64,000 bases of DNA, from assembly GCF_009914755.1 (NCBI RefSeq), contig NC_060930.1; one strand, 5' to 3'. Positions 1 to 11,899 of this stretch are shown in pieces. How positions within the stretch are numbered: position 1 is the stretch's first letter; the number at the start of each line of letters is the position of its first letter. Under the pieces are notes generated by a model. It was not told the origin of the DNA. It searched no databases and worked only from the letters and a program-made list of their open reading frames with translations. Origin of the DNA: the human T2T-CHM13v2.0 reference genome, Homo sapiens. A program made the translations under genes and the position numbers.

Positions 1-610
1 GTTATTACTACTCTGTCTACAGAACACTCAGCTTCTATTTGTTAAACATGCACAGCTTCTTTACCCACTGGGTTGTAGATGAAGGCCTAAGTCCTAGAGT
101 ATCTTCCATTCATTCTTCAAAAACTGGCTTGAATGTCACTTGTAATCCCTAGACTGGGCTTTCCCACAACCCCAGGCTAGGCCTAGGACTCATTCTCTTG
201 GCTTCTTTAGTGACATTTCTTATATTCTGTGAGAGTTCAGATAATAGCACAAATAAACAAGGTAAGATACATAGGGCTTGGAGAGGGAAGAAGAAAGAAA
301 AATCTGATTTTACAGATATGACAGAAAACAACTGCTTTAAGAGAAGGGAATTAAATATGAAATTAAAACCGCGGCCCTTGAGCTGAAAGGTGTTAATGAT
401 GCTTGCTTATTAAGAGGAAAGCATTGTCCTTTTAGAAATTTATCTCTTCCCTTTTGTATTTGGTACCTGATTTAGAATAAAGTGCTTCGCTTGATGCTTA
501 GCAGACTTAATTTTATCATTTTCTCGGGGAAAGAGACATGTTGATCAATGACAGCGGAGGGATATAGTGCCTCAAACAAACTAGTAGTAAGATTTCCCTC
601 CTGCTGTGGT

Positions 611-781
611 GCAGAAGCAGGAATGAAGCGCGAAAGCAGGAATGAGGCACGGAAGCAGGAATGAGGCGCGGAAGCAGGAATGAGGCGCGGAAGCAGGAAT
701 GAGGCGCGGAAGCAGGAATGAGGCGCGGAAGCAGGAATGAGGCGCGGAAGCAGGAATGAGGCGCGGAAGCAGGAATGAGGC
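611..781. repeat. 19-bp minisatellite (GCGGAAGCAGGAATGAGGC) x9
   Basis: Nine units counted directly. Units 4-9 (668-781) are identical and units 1-3 carry 1-2 substitutions. Confidence 0.97.
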
Positions 782-1059
782 CACAGCTCCAGGCCTTGCT
801 TTGCTCGCATGTGCTGATTTTGTACCAGAATGAAGCAGAAGCATGTTGTGCTTGAGATTAGAACCCTCATTTTTTATGAAGAATAATAAATTGTCAGTCT
901 TCAAAGAGACACAGTGAGATGTATGGAAAAAATACTAAATTTGTGAATGGGAAAATGCTTTTATTCTCACGAAGATAAACTACAGGGAAATTTCTCAGGC
1001 ACAGTTCTGTGAAGGCTAAATATTGCCACAACTATTGTCAAGCCACCATTTCAGTAAGC

Positions 1060-1170
1060 AAGGCCCACGATAACATTCATAGACCTTAGCTTCTTTTGCC
1101 TTTGTGTGCCCTTTTTTCCCACTTAAAAAAATAAAAATTATATTTTATAACTGTGTTGGACAGATGTCTA
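1060..1170. mobile_element. Degenerate hAT-type DNA transposon fragment (family uncertain)
   Basis: CTTTTGCCTTTGTGTGCCC...AAAAATTATATTTTATAACTGTGTTGG resembles a recalled hAT-Tip100-type MER consensus. Confidence 0.35.
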
Positions 1171-1189
1171 TGTTGATATTATATATTGC

Positions 1190-1279
1190 CTTGAGTCCAG
1201 GAGTTTGAGGTTACAGTGAACTGTGATGGCTCCACTGCACTCCAACTTGGGCAACTGAGTGAGACTCAGTCTCTTAAAA
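1190..1279 (+). mobile_element. Alu/FLAM 3' fragment (old, J-like)
   Basis: TTGAGTCCAGGAGTTTGAGGTTACAGTGA...CCACTGCACTCCA...GAGACTCAGTCTC. Confidence 0.85.
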
Positions 1280-1556
1280 TATATATATGTATATAAATAT
1301 ATATACACATATATACGTATAAAATATATACATATAAATATATACATATAACTATATACATATAAAATATATAAAATATATATGTATATGTGTGTATATA
1401 TATTCTCTTCTTAAAAATATATATTTAAACTCAGTCTCATATATATATTAAATCTCTTCTTAAATACATACATTAAAAAATCTCTTAGTCTCTTAAAAAA
1501 ATATATATACACACACAAACATATATATGTGTGCGTGTGTGTATACATACACACAC
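1280..1556. repeat. (TA)n/(CA)n-rich low-complexity tract
   Basis: Alternating TA/CA/TG runs interrupted by short re-copied motifs. Confidence 0.9.
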
Positions 1557-3405
1557 TACAACGTTGTAGCAACCAAAAAAGCATATACAAGCATAAAAAC
1601 AGATACACAGACCAGTTGTACAGAATAGAGAACCCAGAAATAAATCCATGCATTTACAGCAAACTCATTTTCTCCTAAGGTGCTAAGAATAAAATTGGAG
1701 AAGGGACAGTCTCTTCAATAAACAGTTGGGAAAATTGGATATGCAGAAGAATAAAACTAGACCTCTACCTTCCACCATATACAAAAATCAACTAAAAATA
1801 GGCTGGGTGGGGTGGCTCGCACCTGTAAGGCCAGCACTTTGGGAGGCTGAGGCAGACAGATCACTTGAGGTCAGGAGTTCAAGATCAGCCACGCCAACAT
1901 GGCAAACCCCCATCTCTACTTAAAAATACAAAAATTAGCTGGGCATGGTGGCACACGCCTATAATCCTAGCTCCTTTGCAGGCCGAAGCACGAGAATCAC
2001 TTGAAACTGGGAGGAGGCCGAGATCATGCCACTGCACTCCAGCCTGGGTGACAGAGTGAGACTCTGTCTAAAGTAAAAAAGAAAAAGAAAAAAATTGACT
2101 AAAAATAGACTAAAGACTTGAGTGAATACCCTAAACTATAAACTACTAGAAGAAAACGTGGGAAATGCTTCACGACAATGGTCTGGGCAAAGATTTATTG
2201 AAGAAGACCTCAAAGCATAGGCAACACTAACAAAAATTGAAATGGGATTACATCAAGCTAAAAAGTTTGTGCACAGCAAAGGAAACAATCAACAAAGTCA
2301 AGAGACAACCTGCACAATGGGAAAAAATATTTGCAAAGTATTTATCCAACAAGGAATTAATAACAAGAATACCTAAGGAACTCAAAAAACTCACTAGCAA
2401 AAAAAACAAATAATTCAATTTTTAAAATGAGCAAAATATTTAAATAGACATACCTCAAAAGAAGACATACAAATGGCCAACAAGTATATTAAAAAATGCA
2501 TATCACTAATAATCAGGGAAATGAAAATCAAAACCACAGTGAGATATTATGTTACCCTAGCTAAAATAGTTATTTTAAAAAAGACAAACTGGCAGAGATG
2601 CAGGGATGTGAGAAAAGAGAATGCTTGTACACTGTTGGTAGGAATGCAAATTAGTACAACCACTATGGAGAACAGTATGGAGATTTCTTTTAAAAGTGAA
2701 AATGGAACTACCACATAATCCAGCAATCCCATTGCTAGCTATATATTCAAAAGAAATTAAATCCTTATATAGAAGGAATGTCTGCACTCTCATCTTTATT
2801 GCAGTACTATTCACAATAGCCAAGATATGAAATCAACCTAAGTGTCCATCAATGGATGAACGGGTAAAGAAAATGCAGTATATATACCAAATAGAATATT
2901 ATTCAGCCATCAAAAAGAATAAAATCCTGTTATTTGCAGCAACAGTAATTAAACTGGGAGACATTTGTTAAGTGAAATAAATCAGGCACAGAAAGATAAA
3001 TATTACATGTTCTTACTCTCATGTGGGAGCTAAAAATGTTGATTTCAAGGAGATAGTGAGTAGATTGATGGCTAGTTACCAGAGGCTGGGGAGAGTAGTT
3101 GGGAGGGAGGTATGAAGAGAAACTGGTTACTGGCTACAAAAATATAGTTAGATAGAAGAAATAATTTCTAGTGTTTGATAGCACTATAGGGCAACTAGAG
3201 TCAACAATAATTTATTTTACACTTTAAAATATCTAGAAGATGTTTGAAAGTGTTCTCAACATAAAGAAAGGATCAATGTTTAAGGTGATGGATATACCAA
3301 TTATCAAAATTTCATCATTACACGTTGTGCTATTGGATCAAAATATCACATGCACCACATAAATATATATAACTATTTTGTATTCATAAAAACTAAAAAA
3401 ACAAA
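1557..3405 (+). mobile_element. L1MA4/5-like LINE-1, ORF2 3' end plus 3'UTR, interrupted by an Alu
   Basis: ORF2 C-terminal remnants (IIREMKIKTTVRY), L1MA-type 3'UTR and an A-rich end near 3390-3405. Confidence 0.9.
1801..2089 (+). mobile_element. AluS-type element with a small right-arm deletion
   Basis: Dimeric Alu with A tail. TSD AAAAATCAACTAAAAATA (1783-1800) / AAAAATTGACTAAAAATA (2090-2107). Confidence 0.95.
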
Positions 3406-3429
3406 AGTAGTGAACAATAAAGTATTAAC

Positions 3430-3600
3430 TGTGCTTTTAGTATAATCACAAAATTATGCAACCATCACTACCATATAAATAATTTATTAAATAAATAAAA
3501 ATAAACCATTTATCCATTAGCAGTCACTCCCTATTCCCCCTTCACTCCAAGGCCCTGGCAACCACTAAGTCCACTTTCTGTCTCTAAGGATTGCCCATTA
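3430..3600 (-). mobile_element. L1MB-like 3'UTR fragment
   Basis: CCATTAGCAGTCACTCCCTATTCCCC...CCCTGGCAACCACTAAGTCCACTTTCTGTCTCT. Confidence 0.7.
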
Positions 3601-3944
3601 AATAGTCATCCCTAAGGCAATATAAATTTATCATTGTCTCCTGCCTTCACCTGGAATATGTTACCTCTTCTCTTGTACCTTCTTTTTGGGACAAAATCAT
3701 ACTTATCCTTAAAGATTCATATCAGATTGTATCAATATTTTCCCTCTCCTGGGAAAAATTAGTGGCTGCTCTATCCTTGCATGCCTGACACATTTTAGGC
3801 ATATCCCCTGTGACATCTGTAACATTATGTTGTCACCATCTGTTGGCCTGTATTCAATGGTGAGTTCTTTGATACAGATTTAAAATGTGGGGATAATTTG
3901 TTAAATTTTGTGTTTTTATATTCTCAGTATCCACTCCCACATTT

Positions 3945-4445
3945 AAGAATGTGATCTTTCAACTCCTTCGGAAAACTGTCTCTACCACTCAAATTATTTG
4001 CCTCTCACAGACCTGGTCATCTAGGTATTTTCTGCTCACTCATGTTAGAGATGCAAAAATCATAATATCCTATTATTCTGACTTCTGCTATTAATATCCT
4101 ACTCTCCTGACTTCTGTTATTTGTGTAAACTTTGGCCATGTGATCCAATCAGAGCCAATCATAACAAATTGCTGGGACTTTTATATATGATTCTGGTAAA
4201 AAAAAAAAAAAAGAATTCATTTCTTACCTTTTAGGTCAGATATTATAAGGATGTGACTTAATGGTCTCTGTTTACAGAAAAGTCTGAGATAATGAGGCAA
4301 GGTTGCAAAGAGAAGCTAAAATTATAGACGGAGAGAAAAAAGAAAGAATTCTGAAAGTATTACATGAGTCCCAGAGAGAGAAATGTCTAAAGCCAGCTGC
4401 CCCTCTTTTTTTACATCATAGGAGCCTTTAAGTTCCTTGAGTTGA
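3945..4445. mobile_element. Old MaLR LTR relic (MLT1J/K-like)
   Basis: CATGTGATCCAATCAGAGCCAATCA core. Boundaries are approximate. Confidence 0.4.
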
Positions 4446-4549
4446 ATGCACTACCATGCTAGTTAAATACGCTATTTTCTTATTCATCTTTCCATTACAA
4501 GTACTTATAATGCCTGGCTTACACATAACAGATACTCAATAGGTGTATG

Positions 4550-4884
4550 GGTAAAATAATAGGTGTAATTACTTTAATTTTAATTTTTATGGGTACGTCA
4601 ACATATGAATGGGTAAAGAAAATGTGGTATTTATACACAGTGGAGTGCTATTCAGCCACAAAAGATTGAGATCCTCTCATTTGCAACAACATGGATGAAA
4701 CTGGAGGTCATTATGTGAAGTGAAATTAGCCAGGCACAGAAAGACAAACATCGCATGTTCTCACTTATTTGTGGGATCTAAAAATCAAAACGATTGAACA
4801 AATGGAGATAGAGAATAAAGGATGGTTATCACCTGCTGGGAAGGGTAGAGGGGATTGGGGAGAATGTTAGGGTGGTTAATAGGT
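4550..4884 (+). mobile_element. L1MA2/3-like 3' fragment with an inverted terminal piece, inserted in an L2 tail
   Basis: L1MA 3'UTR at 4598-4884 (+), a reverse-oriented L1MA terminus at 4573-4596, and a flanking 14-bp direct repeat TCAATAGGTGTATG. Confidence 0.8.
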
Positions 4885-5314
4885 TCAATAGGTGTATGTT
4901 AATACAGCAGTTGTTGTTAATCTTATATCTTCTACTTTGTAGTTACATATGTCTTTCCAGTCTCAAACCTCCAGCACCCAACAATTGATCCATTTCATTC
5001 ATTTTCTTCATATCCCCAAACCACAAGTATTTGGAGTCACCCCTGAAAGTGTAACTAAAGATGGTGGTTCTCCTAATAAGTTCACTATTATAAAAATTTT
5101 ATAGGGATAAAAGTAGGGGAAAATTATGTGACCAGAGCCACTTTAATAGTTGCAACCTATCTCATGTCTGATATCAATTCTTATTCTTCTTTTTTATCCA
5201 TTCCTTGCACAATCCCCAACTTGAAAAGAAATGTTCAGATATAAAGAGCAATCTTTGGAAAGACTTTCCATGGCATAATTCCCACCATGGGCCTTGGATG
5301 CTGTTGGAAGCCAC

Positions 5315-5487
5315 ATAGACAGAATATTAGGTCCCAAGTATAATCCTGACTCTTCTACCAACTTACTGTGTGACTCGCATAGTTCATTTTGCTTTTGGGA
5401 GTTTTCAGCTTACTCACTTGAAAAATTAAGGTTTTGGTCAGACGATTTCTAAGATTTCTTCCATCTCTGGCATGTTATGATTTTGTG
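5315..5487 (+). mobile_element. MIR3-like SINE
   Basis: MIR core (AATCCTGACTCT...CTGTGTGACT) and a MIR3-type tail (TCTAAGATTTCTTCCATCTCT). Confidence 0.6.
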
Positions 5488-6409
5488 GGTCTTTGCAATC
5501 GAAGGTGTTTCATCAAATTGAATTTCATTGTATGACAATTATAGGACCACAGTATTCCTTATAGTTTCAAATATGACTCAATATTGATGTTTAATTTTAA
5601 AATATTTAGTACATGCTCTGTTAACATAAACCTCTAAAGGAGGATTACAGTTAGTATATCTTAACTAAAATACATTTACTGATATAAATATGTGTATCTA
5701 TGTGTAGGTCAAACACTTACGTTGTGATCTACCTTTCATTTTTGTGATTGAATTTAAAACATTGCTCAAATGGCTAAGGGTATTTATTTTGTACATTGTA
5801 GTAAATGAATGTTGACTAGAAATCTCCTTTTTCCTCAGAGGAAAATATCACTCAATAAATTGACAAGAACTTTTTTCTTGCAAATAAGGGGTTAAAATGA
5901 TACAGGCACACATGAGACTAGAAATCATAATATTAATATTTTTATTGTGCTCTGTAGATTTCAAGTTCCTCTCTCCACTAATAGGACAATTGTGCCCTGA
6001 GAATTTTTCTCATTTCTGGAACCAGGACAATTTTCCCCTTCTTTTGATTGTAACTGAAGAGTGATTTATAAAGATAGATATAAAAATAAGAAAATACTTG
6101 TGCATGTGTAAAGTCTCAAGCATTCTCTTATCAATCATTTATTTAATTTTCACACAATTCCTCTATACCGAAGCTCAGGAAAGTTAACAGGCTAATAAAT
6201 GTAGAGCAAGATAAGAACTCCAGGTTTGTCTGATTTAACTGTAGGTAACATAAAATAACATTCTAGAAGGAAACGTTAAAAGTTTATTTCCTTATAATTG
6301 GGAAAGGTGAACAGTTTTTTTTACACACTTTACAGAACATTTAAGAACAAATACCAGTTTCAGAATTGATTACAAATTGATTTTTGTTTTCATAATTTTT
6401 TTGCTCATA

Positions 6410-6850
6410 GTAATAGCAGATACCATTTATCCAGTACTTACTGAGAGCCAAGCATTGTATAAATTATCATATTATATATGATCTAATTGAATTCTTATAT
6501 AATCCTTATGTAATAAGAATTATTATTATCTTCATTTTAAGACTTGGAGGTTAAGTAACTTAATTTGCCCAAGGTGCATAATTAGTAAGCGGAAAAGCTA
6601 GAATCTGAACTCAGGTCTCTCTGACTCAACCACTCAAGCTTAACCACTCAAGCTTAACCACTCCACTACAATGCCAGGCACTAGATTAAAAGGAGAGCTG
6701 AGTTTGATGCTGGACTTCCACTACTCGCTGAAGTTACTTTTATAGCTGATTTAATTTCTCTTAGCCTCAATTTTCTCCTCTGTAAAATTAGGAGGTGGAA
6801 CTAGAGCACTTTACAAATTTCTTTCTTTTTAAAATATACTATGAGTTTTC
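6410..6850. mobile_element. MIR (minus, about 6410-6680) followed by MIR3-like (plus, about 6700-6850)
   Basis: GAGGTTAAGTAACTT...TTGCCCAAGG...GAACTCAGGTCTCTCTGACTC and CCTCAATTTTCTCCTCTGTAAAAT. Confidence 0.65.
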
Positions 6851-7289
6851 ATGGCCTGAGGTAATTCTCAAACGTGCAAGAATCAAACTCTCAGACTTCT
6901 TCCACCCTGACTTTATTTTTCATTAAAAAAAGAAAGACATGGCTAGAAATCTCTGAACTTGAGCCTCATGTTGAGTTTTGATTTGGGAAGTATCATTGGT
7001 TTCACACAGCTTGTGAGATAAACGTTGATGGGTTCCAGCCTCACTCCGTACAAGTTGACCCCCTGTGCACATTTAGGAATTAGTATGAGACAGTATAATG
7101 GTTTCTGGGAAAGGGAACTTTTAAAATGTCTAAAAAGCAGACTCAAAACAGCAGAACCTATGTTAAACCCACAAAATCCTTCCCCATGTATAAAAATTTG
7201 GATAGGAAGTAGAAGAGTCCCTATCTATTTTCAAAGTTATTGGTTGGTGGAGGTATCACAAACTGTACTATTGTGTGGCCTCTTACAAT

Positions 7290-8330
7290 TTCTTTTTGAA
7301 AATTATGAATTATATGCACAGGAGTATTGTACGTATATGAACAATGTGTACACATCATTCATCTTAAGGTGTAGAATATTAGCAGCATCTTTGAATTCCC
7401 TGGTGTGCCTTTCTCAGATCACATCCCCCTACCATCCTCCTGGGTTGACCTCTAATATGACTTTTGTATTAATTATTCTGTCACTTTTCTGTATAGTTTT
7501 GCCATTCATATATATACCAACAATGTAGTGTTTAGTTTTGCCTGTCTTCAAGCTGTATATAAATGGAATAATCATACTATATGAATTCTTCTATGATTTC
7601 CTGTTTTTTTGTTTTGTTTTGTTTTGTTTTGTTTTGTTTTGTTTAGACGGCGTCTTGCTCTGTCGCCCAGGCTGGAGTGCAGGGTTGCGATCTCGGCTCA
7701 CTCACTGCAAGCTCCGACTCCCGGGTTCACGCCATTCTCCTGCCTCAGCCTCCTGAGTAGCTGGAGTGCATGGTTGCGATCTCGGCTCACTCACTGCAAG
7801 CTCCGACTCCCGGGTTCACGCCATTCTCCTGCCTCAGCCTCCTGAGTAGCTGGGACTACAGGCGCCCGCCATCACGCCTGGCTAATTTTTTGTATTTTTA
7901 GTAGAGACGGGGTTTCACCGTGTTAGCCAGGATGGTCTCTAACTCCTGACCTCGTGATCCGCCCGCCTCGGCCTCCCAAAGTGCTGGGATTACAGGCGTG
8001 AGCCAGATTTCCTGTTTTTATTCTCTGCTATTCCTTTAAGATTTATCCATGTAGAGTGTGTAACTGTTTGTATTGTGTCACTGATGAATAGTATGCCATG
8101 GTATCAATATACCATAATTTATTTATCCATTCTAATGTTAATGCACTTGCAGATTATTTCTGGTTTCTTTGGTGTGTGTGTTACAAATTATGAACGTTCA
8201 TTTGCCTCTTCCTGGTTACATACATGCAATAATTTCTCTAGCATTTATACGTAGGAGAGGGATTGCTGGATCTTAGTTAACATAGGCACTTGTCAATTCT
8301 AGTAAGCCAGATTGGTTTATCAATAGATTT
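7290..8330 (-). mobile_element. Old L1ME/L1MC-like 3' region hosting an AluY
   Basis: TATATAAATGGAATAATCATACTATATG...AGATTTATCCATGT...ATTTATTTATCCATTCT...GATTGCTGG. Confidence 0.7.
7609..8005 (-). mobile_element. AluY, slightly 5'-truncated, with an 89-bp internal tandem duplication and a (GTTTT)n tail
   Basis: Y-type diagnostics (GCAAGCTCCG, TTCACGCCATT, GTGTTAGCCAGGATGG). TSD GATTTCCTGTTTTT at 7595-7608 and 8006-8019. Confidence 0.96.
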
Positions 8331-9110
8331 TCAAAATTGTAACTTACCTATTAAAAGTAGAGCATGAAAGAAGGCATAATCCTATTGCATTGTGAAACCT
8401 GGATTCCTGACTATAAATTAAGCATAATAAAGAATGCTGTGCTCACTTTGTACCAAATGACTTGGTATCAAGATATCAGTAAAGCCCACTGGAAGAACAG
8501 AGCATTAGGCTGTGTTGTATGACTGAATTAAGGAGAAATGGTTAGTTCATAAGAACTATAGGAAAATCAGCATAGGGATAGATACATAAAGAAAGCAGAA
8601 GGTAGAAACAGGAGGCCACTCTGTTCCTAGAAAAATAATTAGATGAGAAGTTCTTATTTTTTCTGTTAATAACTAGATATTTATGTTATTTCAGCCCCTA
8701 GAAGATGACCAGCACCTTGTGAACTCTGTATCAATGAATACAAGCTTACAAATCAGGAACACCAAAGAATCTGTATTGACTTTGCCTCACCTATCCTTCT
8801 CCCCATGCCTCAACCTTACTTCTCCCCATTTCACCCCAGCATTTCTATCTGTTCCAATTCAGCCATTATGAACTCCAAGAATAACTCCCTACTCATGCTT
8901 TTGATGAAATGGCATGGGAGTCACGGTGCAGAAGGAAAAACATCTCAATTTTTTACAGTAATTGACATTCTGAGGAATATATTCTTAGCAATATAAAAGA
9001 CAATACAGAGTTCTCATTTGTTTTAAGAGTTTATACTTTTTTATGTTATAAAATCTCTTGGGAGTCATTACAAATGGCCCTCAAAAAAATTGCTCGACTA
9101 TCCCTGCTCA

Positions 9111-9439
9111 ATAGTTGTTTCCAAGCTGTAGGCCATGGACCTCAGTGGGCATTGACAACTATCTCAATTAGACAGTGACTCCATGTGTACAAATAACATT
9201 TTCAGTGAGCTAAGTAAATGGCACAGTGCATTTCACACACCTAACAGACAATAGCTATTTATATGTATTTAGATTATGTTGTGAAAAGTAAAGGATAAAG
9301 GTATTTGACACACAGGTCAATACTATGTGGCTTTTCTCACTTCTTAATGAATATATAGATTTCAGCTATCAAGGAAGTAGGGGAGAGGAAATATTTATAT
9401 TAACAGGGTTGGAATTTAAAAGTTTGGGAGCAACTACTG
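9111..9439. mobile_element. hAT-Charlie-like DNA transposon relic
   Basis: Degenerate termini TAGTTGTTTCCAAGCT... and ...AAAGTTTGGGAGCAACTACTG. Confidence 0.4.
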
Positions 9440-9465
9440 AATAACATATATCTGTACCTCAAACT

Positions 9466-9567
9466 ATATATATATATATATAAAATGTTATATATGTATA
9501 GATATATATTTATATATAGATATGTGTATATGCATGTTTGTATACACACACACACACACACACACAC
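9466..9567. repeat. (TA)n plus (CA)n microsatellite
   Basis: Direct reading. Confidence 0.9.
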
Positions 9568-11899
9568 TTTATAAATATCCATACCACCAGAAGGATGTGA
9601 AGCATTAGGAAAAATAATTTTCTGCAGAGATGCACCTTCCAGCTATATCTGAAAGAGCATTTTAAATTATTAAACAGAATACTTAACATTTGTACTTGAA
9701 CATCTTATTTGTAAACAAATAAATTAGAACACACCATTATTCAACAGGATTTCTCAGATTACAAAAAGAACATAGCGTCCCTTTCAGTTACATCTTTGTA
9801 AACATTGTAAATCACTAAATTCTTAATAGGGAGAAGATCAGAAAGCTTAGTTGAGTATATATGAATCAGAAAATAAAATAAAGCAAAAATTTAATACTAA
9901 CAAGTATCTCTTCTTATTTATCATCCAGGTTTTGAAAAATTACATTTAAAAAACTTTCCAATTTAGTTTTGTTATTCATACACACAATTTCTTCCAGACT
10001 AGAAAGTAATTATTAGCAGCCCTGAATATACATGTGAGTGCATTTATTTTCTCTTCACTTGAGTAAAATTTCCTTGAGTGGAAGAGACTGATCTTTTATA
10101 AATAGCATCAAGATGACACCTTCTTCACAATTCAATTTTATAATTAAATACTTCAAATGAAAATAAAAATAACCAGAATGATTCCTCATATGGCTAAAAC
10201 TCAGCGTAAGAATTTCTTTTGCTAACCCACCTCAAATAACTGTTATGGAAAATAACTGGCTTCTGACAAAGTTGTCATATATAAAACAAAATATAAATGA
10301 CAGTGTTTTCATTATTGTTACTAATGAAAATATTGGTGTCTAAATATTTACGCTCTGGAAAAACATGAAATGAGAGCTTGAGTGAATTTTTTAAAGTAGG
10401 GGACAAAAAATAAAACATGCTAATCACTGAAATCTATTTCTTTAGTTACGAAACAACTAACACCTAATGTTCTACGTAGGGTTTCATCTCCTCCCCTAGT
10501 GATGCTTAAGGGAGAAAGTTAAATTAGGGGAAAAAATGAAGTAAATACACCAAGGAGAATAATATATTTAATAAAATTTCTTAATTACGTGATCCGTGAT
10601 TTCCCTACTTGCCCCCTCCACCCCTGTTTTGTGTCAGTAGTGTCTTGGCACCAGGAAAAGGTAAGATTAGAAATAACTCCCAGAATAGGTCCTGGCTGCT
10701 TCACTGAACTGAACAGTTCTTTGGTGTGAGTTGATGCTCAAGAAATTCTGTGCAGGACAGTTTATCCTTTGTATCTGTTTATTGGTGTGAAAATACAAGT
10801 TCTGTAGTATACAGACAGATGAGCAACTGTTTGAGAACATTTACCTTTGTTACTCTTGTAACACAAACTTCTTGTTTTTGCCCTTGAGTGGAAACTTTTC
10901 TCTTCCCTTATGGAAATTAAATGCTGCAATGCAAGATAGGCTAATGAGAGTTAGTATTTGCCTCTTGCTGTTTGGAGAATGAGGGTGTCCTCAATGGAAT
11001 GGTTTTAAGTCCCTGCAAACCCTATCTACTAATAAACAGGGAACATTTACAAGGTCAGACTCCTTGTAGAAAGCTGGACCTTAATCTTAGTAGTAATTAC
11101 CCTAGAGGAGTTCATCTGTTCAGGAAGATAATTTCCTTCAGAGCAGACAGTTCCCAGTTAGTAATCATTTCTCATTTTAAAAAGGCAATTGAAATCCATC
11201 TTTCCCTCCTAACACTTCCACATTGCTTCCACATTGCAACCAGATCCCCTTAGCTCCAGATATCTAGCTAGATTAAATCGAATTGTAGTCTTTCATCTTC
11301 CAGATTAAATTCATTTTCCCCCACCCAAAGCAAGGGGGTGTATCTTCTTACATGTTTAAATTTTGCTTATATTTTAAAAATATATCTTCAACTTACTCAC
11401 TGTAAATTTGATTAGGCATAATGTATACCAAGACTGGCAATGCTTTACGTCTATATTCTGAACGTGCATAAACAAGCATACATCAAACTATTTCTAATTC
11501 TCCTTGGTATTTGAGGTATTTAGGTTGCAGTTCTGATGCCTTAAAGCAACCATGTAGATTCACAGTAATTCATAATTTGTTTAAATACAGTGATGAACTG
11601 TGGACTCTTCAAGGCTAATAATATGTGAGAATAAATTATTTGGTCCAGTTGAATGCATTGAAGTGGACAATTCTCTAAGTAAAATTGACTCATATTGTAC
11701 ACACCTATAACTCTAGTGAGGTGAAAAAAAACCCATTGTTTCTTGGGAAAATGATTTCCAAAGAAGTCATTCTTAAAATTAAAGAAATCTTCCAAACTGA
11801 GAATGAAGAAGGTGTAAGGAGCACCTTACAAATATTAAAGGTCTACTGAATTGATGAATATTTTCACCTCTGCATGGTATAAATTTAGTTCCATCTAGA

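Noticed and set aside
472-904. 132-aa and 107-aa ORFs with repeated PHSCFRASFLLPRLIPASA
   Set aside because: These are translations of the stop-free 19-bp minisatellite, with no other coding signal.
7025-7528. 167-aa ORF
   Set aside because: Non-ATG start, runs into an antisense L1 relic, and has no recognisable domain.
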